Shown here: one piece after another, positions 48,905 to 58,574 of the stretch
How the letters are laid out: each line of letters begins with the position of its first letter
Numbering within the stretch: position 1 is the first letter of the stretch
NCBI GenBank assembly: GCA_965198225.1
Contig: CBDAOY010000009.1
Coordinates: 1,216,001-1,280,000 of the forward strand
From: Terriglobia bacterium
GTDB lineage: Bacteria > Acidobacteriota > Terriglobia > 20CM-2-55-15
Length of the DNA stretch: 64,000 bases
Direction of reading: 5' to 3'
Notes under the pieces: generated by a model
The model's database searches: none
Told to the model about the DNA's origin: nothing
Seen by the model: only the letters and a program-made list of their open reading frames with translations
Program-made: the position numbers and the translations under genes

Positions 48905-49567
48905 ATGATCGATACCTTCTTCAACCTGGAAATCATGGCGCGGGTCCTGCCCTCCATCATCAGCGGACTCTGGATCACGCTGGCGCTTTCGAGCCTGATC
49001 ATCCTGACCGGCACCATTCTGGGCCTGATCCTGGCCACCGTGCGAGCGATGCAGAACCGTTTTGTGAACCTGTTCATCATTCTCTTCGTCGACGCCTTCC
49101 GGGCGATTCCTCCGCTGGTGATCCTGATCGTCGTCTATTTCGCCCTGCCGTATGTGGAGCTCAACCTGTCCGGTTTCGTGGCCGCATGGTTGAGTCTGAG
49201 CCTCGTCCTGGCGGCATTCTGTGAAGAGATCTTCTGGGCCAGCATCTTGTCCGTCGACAAGGGTCAGTGGGAGGCCGCCCGGTCGACGGGTTTTTCTTTC
49301 CTTCAGACCCTGCAGTACGTCGTCCTGCCACAGGCGATGCGTCTGGCTCTACCGCCGCTGACCAACAGGGCGATTGCGATCGGAAAGAGTACGGCACTGG
49401 CTTCGGTGGTTGCCGTGCCCGAGATCCTGAACCAGGCTTCGAGCGCCCAGGCGCAGGCGGCCAACCCCTCGCCACTGACGCTGGCAGCGGTCGCGTACCT
49501 GGTGATCTTCCTGCCACTGGTCGGCGTGAGCCGGTGGGTCGAATCCCGCTTTGCGTGGAGGCATTGA
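48905..49567 (+). CDS. Amino acid ABC transporter permease
   Basis: FRAIPPLV, GQWEAARSTG EAA loop, VVLPQA. Confidence 0.93.
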   Translation: MIDTFFNLEIMARVLPSIISGLWITLALSSLIILTGTILGLILATVRAMQNRFVNLFIILFVDAFRAIPPLVILIVVYFALPYVELNLSGFVAAWLSLSLVLAAFCEEIFWASILSVDKGQWEAARSTGFSFLQTLQYVVLPQAMRLALPPLTNRAIAIGKSTALASVVAVPEILNQASSAQAQAANPSPLTLAAVAYLVIFLPLVGVSRWVESRFAWRH

Positions 49568-49568
49568 C

Positions 49569-50243
49569 GTGGAACGCCTGCTCGACAGCTTCCTGAATCC
49601 CGATGTCATGCGGGCGAGCGTGCCGTTTCTCGTCCAGGGTTTCTGGATGACTGTTCGCCTGTGTGCGCTCGTCATCCCGCTCGGGATACTGGCCGGCCTC
49701 GTCCTGGCCACCCTCCACAACCTCCACCACCGCTGGTTGAACCTGTTCTTGATCTTGTATGTAGATCTTTTCCGGGCATTTCCGCCCCTGGTCCTGCTCG
49801 TGTTCGTCTACTATGGCTTGCCCTATCTGGGAATCGAACTGTCACCCTTGTGGGCCGTCGTCGTCGCGTTCATGTTGAATACATCGAGCTACTACGGGGA
49901 GATCCTGCGAGCGGGGATCGAGAGTGTACCGGAAGGCCAGTGGGAAGCGGCGCGTTCGACCGGTCTCGGCCGAATTCAGACGATGCGTTATGTGGTGCTA
50001 CCCCAGGCCGTGCGGACCGTGTTGCCCGACCTGGTCAGCAACACGCTCGAGGTCGTGAAGCTGACGTCGCTGGCCAGTGTCGTGGCGCTGCCCGAGTTGC
50101 TGCGGATGGCGCGCGTCGCGCAGGGGATTACCTTCAACCCCACGCCGCTCGTATTGGCCGCTGTCATTTACTTTGTCTTGCTGTGGCCGTTCGTACGGTT
50201 GTTGAGCCGGATGGAGAGGCGAATGTTTGTCAGCGCGGCGTGA
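49569..50243 (+). CDS. Amino acid ABC transporter permease
   Basis: EILRAGIESVPEGQWEAARSTG, VVLPQA, KLTSLAS. Confidence 0.93.
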   Translation: MERLLDSFLNPDVMRASVPFLVQGFWMTVRLCALVIPLGILAGLVLATLHNLHHRWLNLFLILYVDLFRAFPPLVLLVFVYYGLPYLGIELSPLWAVVVAFMLNTSSYYGEILRAGIESVPEGQWEAARSTGLGRIQTMRYVVLPQAVRTVLPDLVSNTLEVVKLTSLASVVALPELLRMARVAQGITFNPTPLVLAAVIYFVLLWPFVRLLSRMERRMFVSAA

Positions 50244-50252
50244 GAGTAATAG

Positions 50253-50277
50253 GTGTAGGTGCGGTCTATGACCGCAC
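50253..50277 (+). repeat. REP (family 1) inside an operon
   Basis: GTGTAGGTGCGGTCTATGACCGCAC, followed by (aacggcc) heptamers. Confidence 0.9.
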
Positions 50278-50319
50278 AACGAAACGGCCAACGGCCAACG
50301 GCTTACGGACTACAGCGCC

Positions 50320-50973
50320 ATGAACCCCATCATCGGCATCAATCCCAATTCGACGCAGGCCGTGACCGATGGGATGGATCGGGCCCTCGACTCGTTGCGA
50401 ATGGAGGGTGGTCCCCCGATCGAGTGCGTGACGCTCAAAGAGGGCCCTCCGGGGATAGAGACCCAGGAGCAAGCGGACGCGGTCGTAGCGCCCATCTGTG
50501 AGCTCATCCGGAATCGGCAAGAGGGCGGGAGCGCCTTCGTCATCGCTTGCTACAGCGATCCAGGCTTACATCAGGCACGCCTCACTACCTCAAGACCCGT
50601 CTTAGGCATCGCCGAGTCGGCGATGCTCGTTGCGATGACAAAAGGAAATCGATTCGGTGTCATCTCGATCCTGGAAACCTCCATTCCCCGCCACCGAGAC
50701 TACGTGCGCACGTTGGGGCTAGAATCGCGTTCCGCCGGAGACCGCGCCGTCGGACTCGGTGTCACCGAGCTCTCAGATGAAGACCGCACCTTCGAGCGGA
50801 TGGTATCGGTCGGCACGCAGCTGAAGGATGGAGACGGCGCTGACGTTCTGATCATGGGTTGCGCGGGCATGGCGCGCTACAGGTCTGATCTCGAGGAAGC
50901 AGTCGGCTTGCCCGTGATCGAACCTACCCAGGCGGCCGTGACCCTGGCCATCGGCGCGGTACTACTGAACTAG
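50320..50973 (+). CDS. Hydantoin/Asp/Glu racemase family (hydantoin racemase-like)
   Basis: INPNS, IACYSDPGL and MGCAGM catalytic cysteines, PVIEP. Confidence 0.9.
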   Translation: MNPIIGINPNSTQAVTDGMDRALDSLRMEGGPPIECVTLKEGPPGIETQEQADAVVAPICELIRNRQEGGSAFVIACYSDPGLHQARLTTSRPVLGIAESAMLVAMTKGNRFGVISILETSIPRHRDYVRTLGLESRSAGDRAVGLGVTELSDEDRTFERMVSVGTQLKDGDGADVLIMGCAGMARYRSDLEEAVGLPVIEPTQAAVTLAIGAVLLN

Positions 50974-51100
50974 GGCGTGTTAACACATCGGCAGGAGCGG
51001 TAGCCGTTTCGATGGACTCGACCATTGTGAAGGTGCATCCCGACGGCACGGGAGCGTTAAAAAAAACGGTCCGCAAGCGATCGGCAAATCCCGCGGTGGA
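50974..51100 (+). mobile_element. IS5-family transposase remnant
   Basis: IR-like ggcgtgttaacac; DSTIVKVHPDGTGALKK, an A8 slippery run, then NGPQAIGKSRGG in the shifted frame. Confidence 0.8.
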
Positions 51101-51106
51101 TACTGA

Positions 51107-51295
51107 ACTAGTGGCCTGTAACGGAGATATCGGTACCAGCGTTCCGCCGCAACCCTCCGGGCCGATGGGGGTTGGGGTCGATCTCTTTGTCGTTCGTCGT
51201 CATGATGAAACCGCATCAATTCCTCCTCTCTCCTCGACCTCGACTGGCAAGACCCATCGGCGATGGTACCGATCTCTCCGTTACAGGCCACTAGT
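51107..51295. mobile_element. MITE-like element B (189 bp, 32-bp TIRs with CTAG ends)
   Basis: actagtggcctgtaacggagatatcggtacca / tggtaccgatctctccgttacaggccactagt, 1 mismatch. Confidence 0.8.
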
Positions 51296-51365
51296 CACGG
51301 AGCCACAGAGGCGCAGAGAAAGACATTGCCCACAAATCCTCCGCGCCTCTGTGCCTCCGTGGTGA
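51296..51365. repeat. 9-mer periodic inverted repeat hairpin
   Basis: cacggagccacagaggcgcagag / ctccgcgcctctgtgcctccgtg. Confidence 0.7.
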
Positions 51366-51371
51366 TTCTTC

Positions 51372-52310
51372 TTATTCCGTGGGTGGAGTCACCCCGGTCT
51401 GTGACGTGATCAGCCCGTAGTGCTCAATCCTGCGGTGCTTTTCGAAGTTGAAGATGTTTTCCTTGATATCCCGACCCAGATCCAGGTCGCAGTTGTAGGT
51501 GATGACTTCGTCGTCTTCGCCGAGCGTCTGCGCGACGATTTCTCCGCCTGGCGCGACGATGGAAGTCCCGCCGATCAGGCCGTGGCCGTCCTCGAACCCC
51601 GCTTTGGCGGTTGCAACGACCCACGCGCCGTTCTGGTAGGCGCCGGCCTGCAGCGACAGCAGGTGGTGGAACATCCGCTGGTGAACGGGCTGATGGTGGT
51701 GGATGTTGGCGTCCGGTGTGTTGTAGCCGAGGACGACCATCTCGACACCCTGCAATCCCATTACGCGGAAGGTCTCGGGCCAGCGCCGGTCGTTGCAGAT
51801 ACACATCCCGATGACACCGTCAAAGGCTCGCCAGACCTGGAATCCGAGATTGCCGATGTCGAAATAGCGCTTTTCCAGATGCTGGAACGGTTTTTCGGGC
51901 AGGTGTTCCGCATGTCCCGGCAGGTGGATCTTTCGATACTTCGCGAGGATTTCGCCATCGGTTCCTGCGAGGATTGCCGTGTTGTAACGTCTGATCTCAC
52001 CTTCTTCTTCCGTCAGTTCAGCGTAGCCCAGGTGGAACCCGACACCCAGACGCTTCGCCTCGTCGAACAAGGGTTGCGTGGCCGCGTTCGGCATGTCGCG
52101 TTCGAAGTAGGAGTCGATCTCGTCCTGGTTCTCCATGAAATAGCGGGGGAAGAACGTCGTCAATGCCAGCTCGGGGAAGACCACCAGCCTGCACTCGCTC
52201 GCGTGGGCCTCCCGGAGCATAGTGACGAGTCTCTGGACGACGTCTTCTCTGGAGTCTGCCTTCTGGATCGGACCCAGTTGAGCGGCGGCAACTTTCAGGT
52301 ATCTCGACAT
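51372..52310 (-). CDS. N-carbamoyl-D-amino acid amidohydrolase (D-carbamoylase)
   Basis: Nitrilase triad: FPELALTTFFPR, YRKIHLPGH, ICNDRRWPE; QHLEKRYF, LGYNTP, QAGAYQNG. Confidence 0.92.
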   Translation of the reverse strand: MSRYLKVAAAQLGPIQKADSREDVVQRLVTMLREAHASECRLVVFPELALTTFFPRYFMENQDEIDSYFERDMPNAATQPLFDEAKRLGVGFHLGYAELTEEEGEIRRYNTAILAGTDGEILAKYRKIHLPGHAEHLPEKPFQHLEKRYFDIGNLGFQVWRAFDGVIGMCICNDRRWPETFRVMGLQGVEMVVLGYNTPDANIHHHQPVHQRMFHHLLSLQAGAYQNGAWVVATAKAGFEDGHGLIGGTSIVAPGGEIVAQTLGEDDEVITYNCDLDLGRDIKENIFNFEKHRRIEHYGLITSQTGVTPPTE

Positions 52311-52379
52311 GTTTCTCCTCTTTTGCAGAGCCGGCTATGGAGGACCTCCAGCACTATACGTCGTTCCGACTCGGAGAAA

Positions 52380-52451
52380 GTGCGGTCATAGACCGCACCT
52401 ACACTTTCTCCGAAATCCTCGCTCAGGTGTAGGTGCGCTCTATGAGCGCAC
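52380..52451. repeat. REP doublet (family 1, outward-facing)
   Basis: 52380-52404 (-) and 52427-52451 (+, GCGCTC variant). Confidence 0.9.
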
Positions 52452-52498
52452 AGCGTTCCGGTTCGGACAAATGTGTCCTCAGCCGCGCCTCCACTACC

Positions 52499-53962
52499 TT
52501 AAAAAACGTCACTCGCCCCAAACCGTTGTGCAAGCTCCTGAGCGGCGGACCGCTTCCCGGCCGGCCTGGCCGAGTCCGGCCGGCCACAGGCGACGAACTG
52601 CCCGCTCCCCCGCTCCACACGCAGCACTCCATCGTCGACCACGATACGCCCGCGGCTGATGACCGTCACGGGTACACCTCGAACTTTCCGCCCCTCGTAG
52701 GGCGTATAACCGACGTTATCGTGCATCGCCCCGGCTGTTATCGTAAAGTCCCGTTCCGGATCCCATATCGCCAGATCGGCGTCGGAACCGACGGCGATGG
52801 TGCCTTTTTGGGGGAACATCCCGTACAGCTTTGCGGCGCGGGTAGCCGTGAGGTCGACAAACCGATGGATGTCGATTCGCCCCTTGCCAACCCCCTCGGA
52901 GAACAGCAGTGGCATCCGAACCTCGAGTCCGGGCACACCGTTAGCGATCTCCTTGAACGACGCGTTCGGGCCGCGCGCCAGTTTTCCGGTTTCATCGAAC
53001 CGATACGGCGCGTGATCGGACGAAAACACCTGGAACGTCCCGTCGGCCAGGCCCTTCCACATCGCCTCCTGGGATGCCTTGTCCCGGGGAGGAGGGCTGC
53101 AGCAGCACATGGCTCCCCGCATGTCCTCCTGGTCCAGATCGTCCGCCGTCAGGAACAGGTATTGAGGGCACGTCTCGCTGTAGATTTTCAGCCCTTTTCG
53201 CTGCGCACTGGATATCGCATCCATTGCGTCCGCAGTGGAAACATGGACGACCAGCAGAGGAACATCGAGCAGCTCGGCCAGGCTGATGGCACGGTGAGTG
53301 GCCTCCCCTTCTGCCAGCTTCGCATGGCTGACCGCATGAAACTTCGGCGCGCGATGTCCGGCATCGATCAGCCGCCCGGCGATCCAGCGAATCATGTCGT
53401 GGTTTTCGGCATGCACCATCGTGAGCGCGCCTTGCTGCCGGGCCAGAGATAGGATCTGCAGCAGCTGGTAGTCGTCCAGACGCAGCGCGTCGTAGGTCAT
53501 GTAGACCTTGAAGGACGTACAGCCCTGGCTGATGAGCTCGGGCAGCTCTTCTTCCATCACCTGCTCGGTCGGGTCGGAGACGATCATGTGGAAGGCGTAG
53601 TCAATGACGGCTTTTGGCATGGCACAGTCATGATAGTCGGCGACGACTTGCTTCAGCGACTGGCCCCGATGCTGCGCGGCGAAAGGGATGATCGTCGTCG
53701 TACCGCCGAAGGCCGCCGAAACGGTGCCGGAGTAGAAATCGTCAGCGCAGGTGATGCCGAAGGAAGAAAGTTGCTCGATGTGGCAGTGGCTGTCGATCCC
53801 GCCCGGCAAGATCAGCTTTCCGGAAGCGTCGATCGTCTCGTTTCCGGAAAGACCGTCTTCGATAGCGGTGATTCGTCCCTCCGAGATACCGATGTCGCTC
53901 TCTATGCGCTCGTCGGCGGTGACGATCTCACCGTTCCGAATGACCAGGTCGTAGGTCGGCAT
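52499..53962 (-). CDS. hydA: Dihydropyrimidinase / D-hydantoinase
   Basis: PGGIDSHCH, GGTTT, SFKVYMTY (carboxylated Lys), HAEN, VHVS, ETCPQYL, SSDHAP. Confidence 0.93.
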   Translation of the reverse strand: MPTYDLVIRNGEIVTADERIESDIGISEGRITAIEDGLSGNETIDASGKLILPGGIDSHCHIEQLSSFGITCADDFYSGTVSAAFGGTTTIIPFAAQHRGQSLKQVVADYHDCAMPKAVIDYAFHMIVSDPTEQVMEEELPELISQGCTSFKVYMTYDALRLDDYQLLQILSLARQQGALTMVHAENHDMIRWIAGRLIDAGHRAPKFHAVSHAKLAEGEATHRAISLAELLDVPLLVVHVSTADAMDAISSAQRKGLKIYSETCPQYLFLTADDLDQEDMRGAMCCCSPPPRDKASQEAMWKGLADGTFQVFSSDHAPYRFDETGKLARGPNASFKEIANGVPGLEVRMPLLFSEGVGKGRIDIHRFVDLTATRAAKLYGMFPQKGTIAVGSDADLAIWDPERDFTITAGAMHDNVGYTPYEGRKVRGVPVTVISRGRIVVDDGVLRVERGSGQFVACGRPDSARPAGKRSAAQELAQRFGASDVF

Positions 53963-54055
53963 CGTATCAGGTCTCGAGTAACCGCCGGCGCACGTCCTTG
54001 CAGTGGGCCTTGTCGAACTTCCTCTTTACCATTGCGATCATCCTTCAACTACCGA

Positions 54056-54409
54056 CTAGCGCTCGCGTTGGCTCTGACAGACGATGCACAGGGCTGCTTC
54101 GGGTCGGATCTTCAGCCGGGTGTATCCGATCGGCTCTTCGCATTCCAGGCAGTATCCGTATTCCTCCTTCGAGAAGCGCTGCAGGGCAGCGCTTACCTGT
54201 TTCAGCCTTACCTGTGCAGTCTGCCGGTTGGCCCGGGCCATGCTCTGCTGCTGCATTGCGTCCATGCGTGAGAGCCTTCCGATGGGTTCGTCGAGGTCGA
54301 CCGGACGGGTTCCATCCTCTGAGACTTCCAGGACGTGCCGCAGCTCGTCGCCCAGCGCGGTCAGGGTCTGGCGAAGCTCTTCGGACTGGGGCGGCGTCAA
54401 TTCCTCCAT
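54056..54409 (-). CDS. TraR/DksA C4 zinc-finger protein
   Basis: IGRLSRMDAMQ, YGYCLECEE.I...RL...P.A.LCIVCQ. Confidence 0.92.
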   Translation of the reverse strand: MEELTPPQSEELRQTLTALGDELRHVLEVSEDGTRPVDLDEPIGRLSRMDAMQQQSMARANRQTAQVRLKQVSAALQRFSKEEYGYCLECEEPIGYTRLKIRPEAALCIVCQSQRER

Positions 54410-54605
54410 GGATACTCCCTCTGGCGGCTCCGAACGCTCCGCTCTGGGTTTTCATTCGACCGCGACCGCCGCATTGTCGACGATAACCTGATTGTCCTCA
54501 GCCGTTTGCGTCGATTTTCCCCAAGTTTCCGAACCGACTGACTGATCGGGAAGAAACCCTCCTGACAGTGAACTATCGGACACGGTTTGTCGATAAGAAA
54601 GACGT

Positions 54606-56339
54606 ATGATCGGGGAAGTTGTAGCGACGCGGTTAGGCGACCTTCTGGTCGAGGCCGAGCTCATTACCGAAGAGCAGATCAAGGAAGCTCTCCGCCACCA
54701 GAAGGCCAGCGGAGGTCGTCTCGGCAGTTGTCTCGTCAAGCTGGGCCATGTGACCGAGCAGGATCTCGCGGCAGTTCTCTCCCGCCAATACGGTGTTCCT
54801 GCCATCAACCTCCCGGATTACGACGTCGAAGAAGATGTCATCGATCTGTTGACTCCTGAAGCTGCGCACCGATACCAGGTTGTTCCCCTCAGCCGCCAGG
54901 GCTACACCCTGTCTCTGGCGATGATCGATCCCATCGACGTAGTCGCGTTGGACGAACTGCGTTTCATGACGGGCTTCAACATCGAACCGATGATTGCGCC
55001 AGAGTCGCAGGTTCGGGAGGCGCTCGGCAACTACTACGGCAGCGCGCACGACCTTGAGCTCCGGGAGACTCTGGAGAACCTCGACTCGAAGGTGAACGAC
55101 GATCTCGAGGTCGTGGATGACGAGGAAGAACAGATCGACTTGCGCGAACTCGCCCGTGAGTCTGAGGAAACGCCAACCATACAGTTGGTGAACGCGATTC
55201 TTCTGAACGCGGTGAAAAGGGGAGCCAGCGACGTCCACATCGAGCCTTACGAGCGACTGTTCCGGGTGCGGTTCAGGGTCGACGGTCAGCTGCAGACCGG
55301 TCTCAATCCGCCGCTTCGGTTCAAGGATGCGATCATCTCGCGGCTGAAAATCATGGCGCGGCTCGATATAACCGAGAGGCGCCGAGCGCAGGATGGGCGC
55401 ATCCGAATCCGTTTGCGACTTGGCGGTGTTCCGAAGGAGCTCGATTTTCGAGTATCGGTGGTCCCAACTTTGTTCGGCGAGAAGGTCGTGCTGCGCATTC
55501 TGGACAGAGAGAACCTGATGTTCGACATGAGCAGGCTCGGTTTCGAACCTTCTTCCCTGAAGAGTTTCGAAGCCTCGACCAAGAAACCCTTCGGCATGGT
55601 CTTGGTAACCGGCCCGACCGGCAGCGGGAAAACGAACACGTTGTATTCAGCCCTTTCTCAGGTCAACCGTCCTGACAAGAACATCATGACCGTCGAAGAT
55701 CCGGTCGAATTCAATCTTCCCGGCATCAACCAGGTCCAGATCAACGGAAGCGTCGGATCGAACTTCGCGTCGGTACTTCGCTCGTTCCTGCGGCAGGACC
55801 CGGATGTCGTCATGCTCGGCGAGATACGCGACTCCGAAACCGCAGAGATGGCGATCAAGGCCGCGTTGACCGGCCATCTGGTGTTGAGCACTCTTCACAC
55901 CAATGATGCGGCGAGTGCCATGACGCGTCTGATCGACATGGGCATCGCGCCATTCCTCGTCGCGACCTCAGTGCATACGGTGTGCGCTCAGCGGCTCGTT
56001 CGCCGGCTGTGCACCGAGTGCAAGGAAGAATCGAAACCACCCGTTGAAACCCTCATCGATATCGGTTTCAGCCCGGAAGAGGCCGAGACCGTCCGTCCGT
56101 ACCGGGCGATCGGATGCAGCTCGTGTAACAAGATGGGCTACAAGGGTCGCGTTGGGCTCTACGAGGTAATGGAAATCACGGAGGAACTCCGCGAAGCCGC
56201 GATGCTTGGAGGAACCGCAATCGATCTGAAGAGAAAGGCCCTCGAAAACGGGATGATTACGCTGCGTCGTAGCGGTCTGATCAAGGTCAGCCAGGGTCAG
56301 GCGAGCATCGAAGACGTGTTGAGAGAAACCGTCGGCTAA
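54606..56339 (+). CDS. pilB: Type IV pilus assembly ATPase PilB
   Basis: MshEN-like RLGDLL...RLG, ASDVHIEP, GPTGSGKT, LRQDPD, TGHLVLSTLHTN, CxxC/CxxC zinc motif. Confidence 0.93.
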   Translation: MIGEVVATRLGDLLVEAELITEEQIKEALRHQKASGGRLGSCLVKLGHVTEQDLAAVLSRQYGVPAINLPDYDVEEDVIDLLTPEAAHRYQVVPLSRQGYTLSLAMIDPIDVVALDELRFMTGFNIEPMIAPESQVREALGNYYGSAHDLELRETLENLDSKVNDDLEVVDDEEEQIDLRELARESEETPTIQLVNAILLNAVKRGASDVHIEPYERLFRVRFRVDGQLQTGLNPPLRFKDAIISRLKIMARLDITERRRAQDGRIRIRLRLGGVPKELDFRVSVVPTLFGEKVVLRILDRENLMFDMSRLGFEPSSLKSFEASTKKPFGMVLVTGPTGSGKTNTLYSALSQVNRPDKNIMTVEDPVEFNLPGINQVQINGSVGSNFASVLRSFLRQDPDVVMLGEIRDSETAEMAIKAALTGHLVLSTLHTNDAASAMTRLIDMGIAPFLVATSVHTVCAQRLVRRLCTECKEESKPPVETLIDIGFSPEEAETVRPYRAIGCSSCNKMGYKGRVGLYEVMEITEELREAAMLGGTAIDLKRKALENGMITLRRSGLIKVSQGQASIEDVLRETVG

Positions 56340-56370
56340 GCCCTCTCCCGCCGCTCACCCACCGATCCGA

Positions 56371-57471
56371 TCATTCCGCCCGGGCCGAGTCAATGGATCC
56401 GATCACGTGGCGTTCGACCAGCTCGTAGACCCTTCGAAGATGACCGCGTCGCGCACGACCCGTCGTTACCGACGAGGTCGTGACGGCCACCAGATCCAGT
56501 TCCGGCACGATGAATATGAACTGGCCTCCGTAGCCCCAGGCGTAGTTGGTCTCGTAGCCGGCCATCTCGCGGATCCACCAGCCGTAACCGTAAAAGCGGC
56601 CGTTTTCTCGTCTCGACGGGGTCCGGCGCGTGAGCGAGGCTTGCACCCATTCTTCCGGGACGATCTGCCGGTCGTTTGCGCGTCCACCGTTCAGGTACAT
56701 CTCGCCGAATGCCATCATCTGCTTCGGCGTCAATTCCATGTCGTTACCGCCGAAGTAAATCCCCTGGGGATCACGCGGCCATCGGGCCAGCGAGAAACCC
56801 AAGGGCCGGGCCAGGTTGTCCTGAGCAAACTGCCAGGTGCTGGAGCCGGTTGCCCGGGTCAGGATCGCCGACAGCAGGTGTGTGTTGCCGGTGCTGTAGT
56901 CCATCCGTGTGCCCGGCGTTCTCAGCAGCGGCCGGGTCAGCGTATGTCGGACCCAGTTCGAGCTCAAAACCCACGCTCCGTAGTAGCGGTTGCTCGTCGT
57001 TCGAAGGCCTGACCGCATCGTCAGCAGGTCCTCGAGCGTGATGTCCCGCTTTGCCGCTTCAGCATCACCGCCCAGTACACGAGGGAAGAAGGACCCGATC
57101 GGTTGGCGGACGCCTTCCAGAATGCCTCGGTCGATGGCAATCCCCACCAGGGCGGAAAGGATGCTCTTCGACGCCGACTTGATATTGGTGGGGCGATTGA
57201 CCCGGGCACCGTTGTAGTAACGCTCGAGAATCAGCTCTCCCCGGTACGTCACCAGCAGGCTGTGAAGGCGCGGCAGTGCCGCACCGGCCTCGGCTGCGGC
57301 GTCGAGAGAAACCGCCTCCGGTTCCGGCAACGGAGCAGGTATCGGCTCAGCTATGGGTGGGGCGGCGCGGACCGGGGTCGGCGCTACGGATGCCGGCGGG
57401 ATCGACGACCACATCCAGGCGGTGAACAAACCGGCAACGCCGAGCAGGAGCAATCGTGAGCGCGTCTTCAT
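56371..57471 (-). CDS. Serine hydrolase, beta-lactamase class C/NylB-like
   Basis: SASKS (SxxK), LLTMRSG, YSTGN, YGYGWW, GYGGQ; N-terminal anchor. Confidence 0.88.
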   Translation of the reverse strand: MKTRSRLLLLGVAGLFTAWMWSSIPPASVAPTPVRAAPPIAEPIPAPLPEPEAVSLDAAAEAGAALPRLHSLLVTYRGELILERYYNGARVNRPTNIKSASKSILSALVGIAIDRGILEGVRQPIGSFFPRVLGGDAEAAKRDITLEDLLTMRSGLRTTSNRYYGAWVLSSNWVRHTLTRPLLRTPGTRMDYSTGNTHLLSAILTRATGSSTWQFAQDNLARPLGFSLARWPRDPQGIYFGGNDMELTPKQMMAFGEMYLNGGRANDRQIVPEEWVQASLTRRTPSRRENGRFYGYGWWIREMAGYETNYAWGYGGQFIFIVPELDLVAVTTSSVTTGRARRGHLRRVYELVERHVIGSIDSARAE

Positions 57472-57859
57472 CGTCTTCGAACGAGTATATAGGGATCTGC
57501 AACCTGTTCAGGAGCGCACATTGTACACCCGGATCATCACCGAATCCCTCTGAGATTCGTTGTCCCTGCCGATCGACGTTCAGCCAACCCCTTCACGGCA
57601 ACTTCTTCCCGTGGACTGGTCTGTTTATGGGAAGATCACGAGATCGTGCGTAGACACTAAAACCGGCTGTTGCCATCAATCCACCAGCCGCCGAATCAAG
57701 TCACCGATGAGGACGCTGTTTCTGTAGAATTCTCTTCGGTTTCCCATAGTGGACTCCGGGGCAACAACGTTCTCCCAACAGACCGAACAGGCAGACTACC
57801 AGACATGGGCGGGTCAGGCGGAGCAGGTCAACACTCTTGGCACAGAGAGGAGACTTAGG

Positions 57860-58567
57860 GTGAACATAGACAAGAGGATCCAAGCGTTCTATGAGCGCCT
57901 TGATCACCTTGAAGAACGTCTCCTTGAATCGAATGAAGATAATTGGGAGAGGTCGAGGGCGAGATGGCGTCAGACTAAACCTACCGTCGGTTTGACCTGG
58001 GGAATAGAGGCAACGGGTGATGAATTCATAGGGAAGGTTTCGTCATATGGCGCATTCGACCCTGACAAGACCATCCTCGAGATTGGACCCGGGTATGGAA
58101 GGCTTTTGAAGTCCTGCGTGGAACAAAAGATCCCTTTTAGGAAGTATGTTGCCGTGGACCTCTCGAAAGACAATGTCGAGCACCTGCAACAGAACTTCCG
58201 AATCGCAAACGTTGATACCATCCATGCGGATGTTGAAAAGGTGACATTCGAGGAAAGTTTTGACGTGGTGTTGTCTTCGCTCACCTTCAAGCACCTGTTC
58301 CCGTCTTTTGAAAACGTGCTCTGTAACGTTCTGAAGTATGTGAACGACGGTGGCGTGTTCTTTTTTGATCTGTTTGAGGGCAGGAAGAGTTTCTTTGAAA
58401 CGGACAAGCCGGAAAGTGAAATCGCCTTCATCCGCTGGTACACGAGATCGGAGACTTTGGAAATACTGGAAAGCGTCTCACTCGAACTTGTCGCCTTTGA
58501 TCAAGTTCAACACGACCCGGATCATTCTCGCCTCCTGGTCGTCGCGAGAAAACCAGCTCTAAGCTAG
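57860..58567 (+). CDS. Class I SAM-dependent methyltransferase
   Basis: ILEIGPGYGR motif I, VDLS, FDVVLS; AGGAG-GTG start; lower GC than its neighbours. Confidence 0.85.
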   Translation: MNIDKRIQAFYERLDHLEERLLESNEDNWERSRARWRQTKPTVGLTWGIEATGDEFIGKVSSYGAFDPDKTILEIGPGYGRLLKSCVEQKIPFRKYVAVDLSKDNVEHLQQNFRIANVDTIHADVEKVTFEESFDVVLSSLTFKHLFPSFENVLCNVLKYVNDGGVFFFDLFEGRKSFFETDKPESEIAFIRWYTRSETLEILESVSLELVAFDQVQHDPDHSRLLVVARKPALS

Positions 58568-58574
58568 GATCTTC

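Noticed and set aside
50980-51365. Small ORFs of 103 aa and 117 aa (also those at 60435-60865)
   Set aside because: They are read-throughs of the IS remnant and MITE sequences and are not credible genes.
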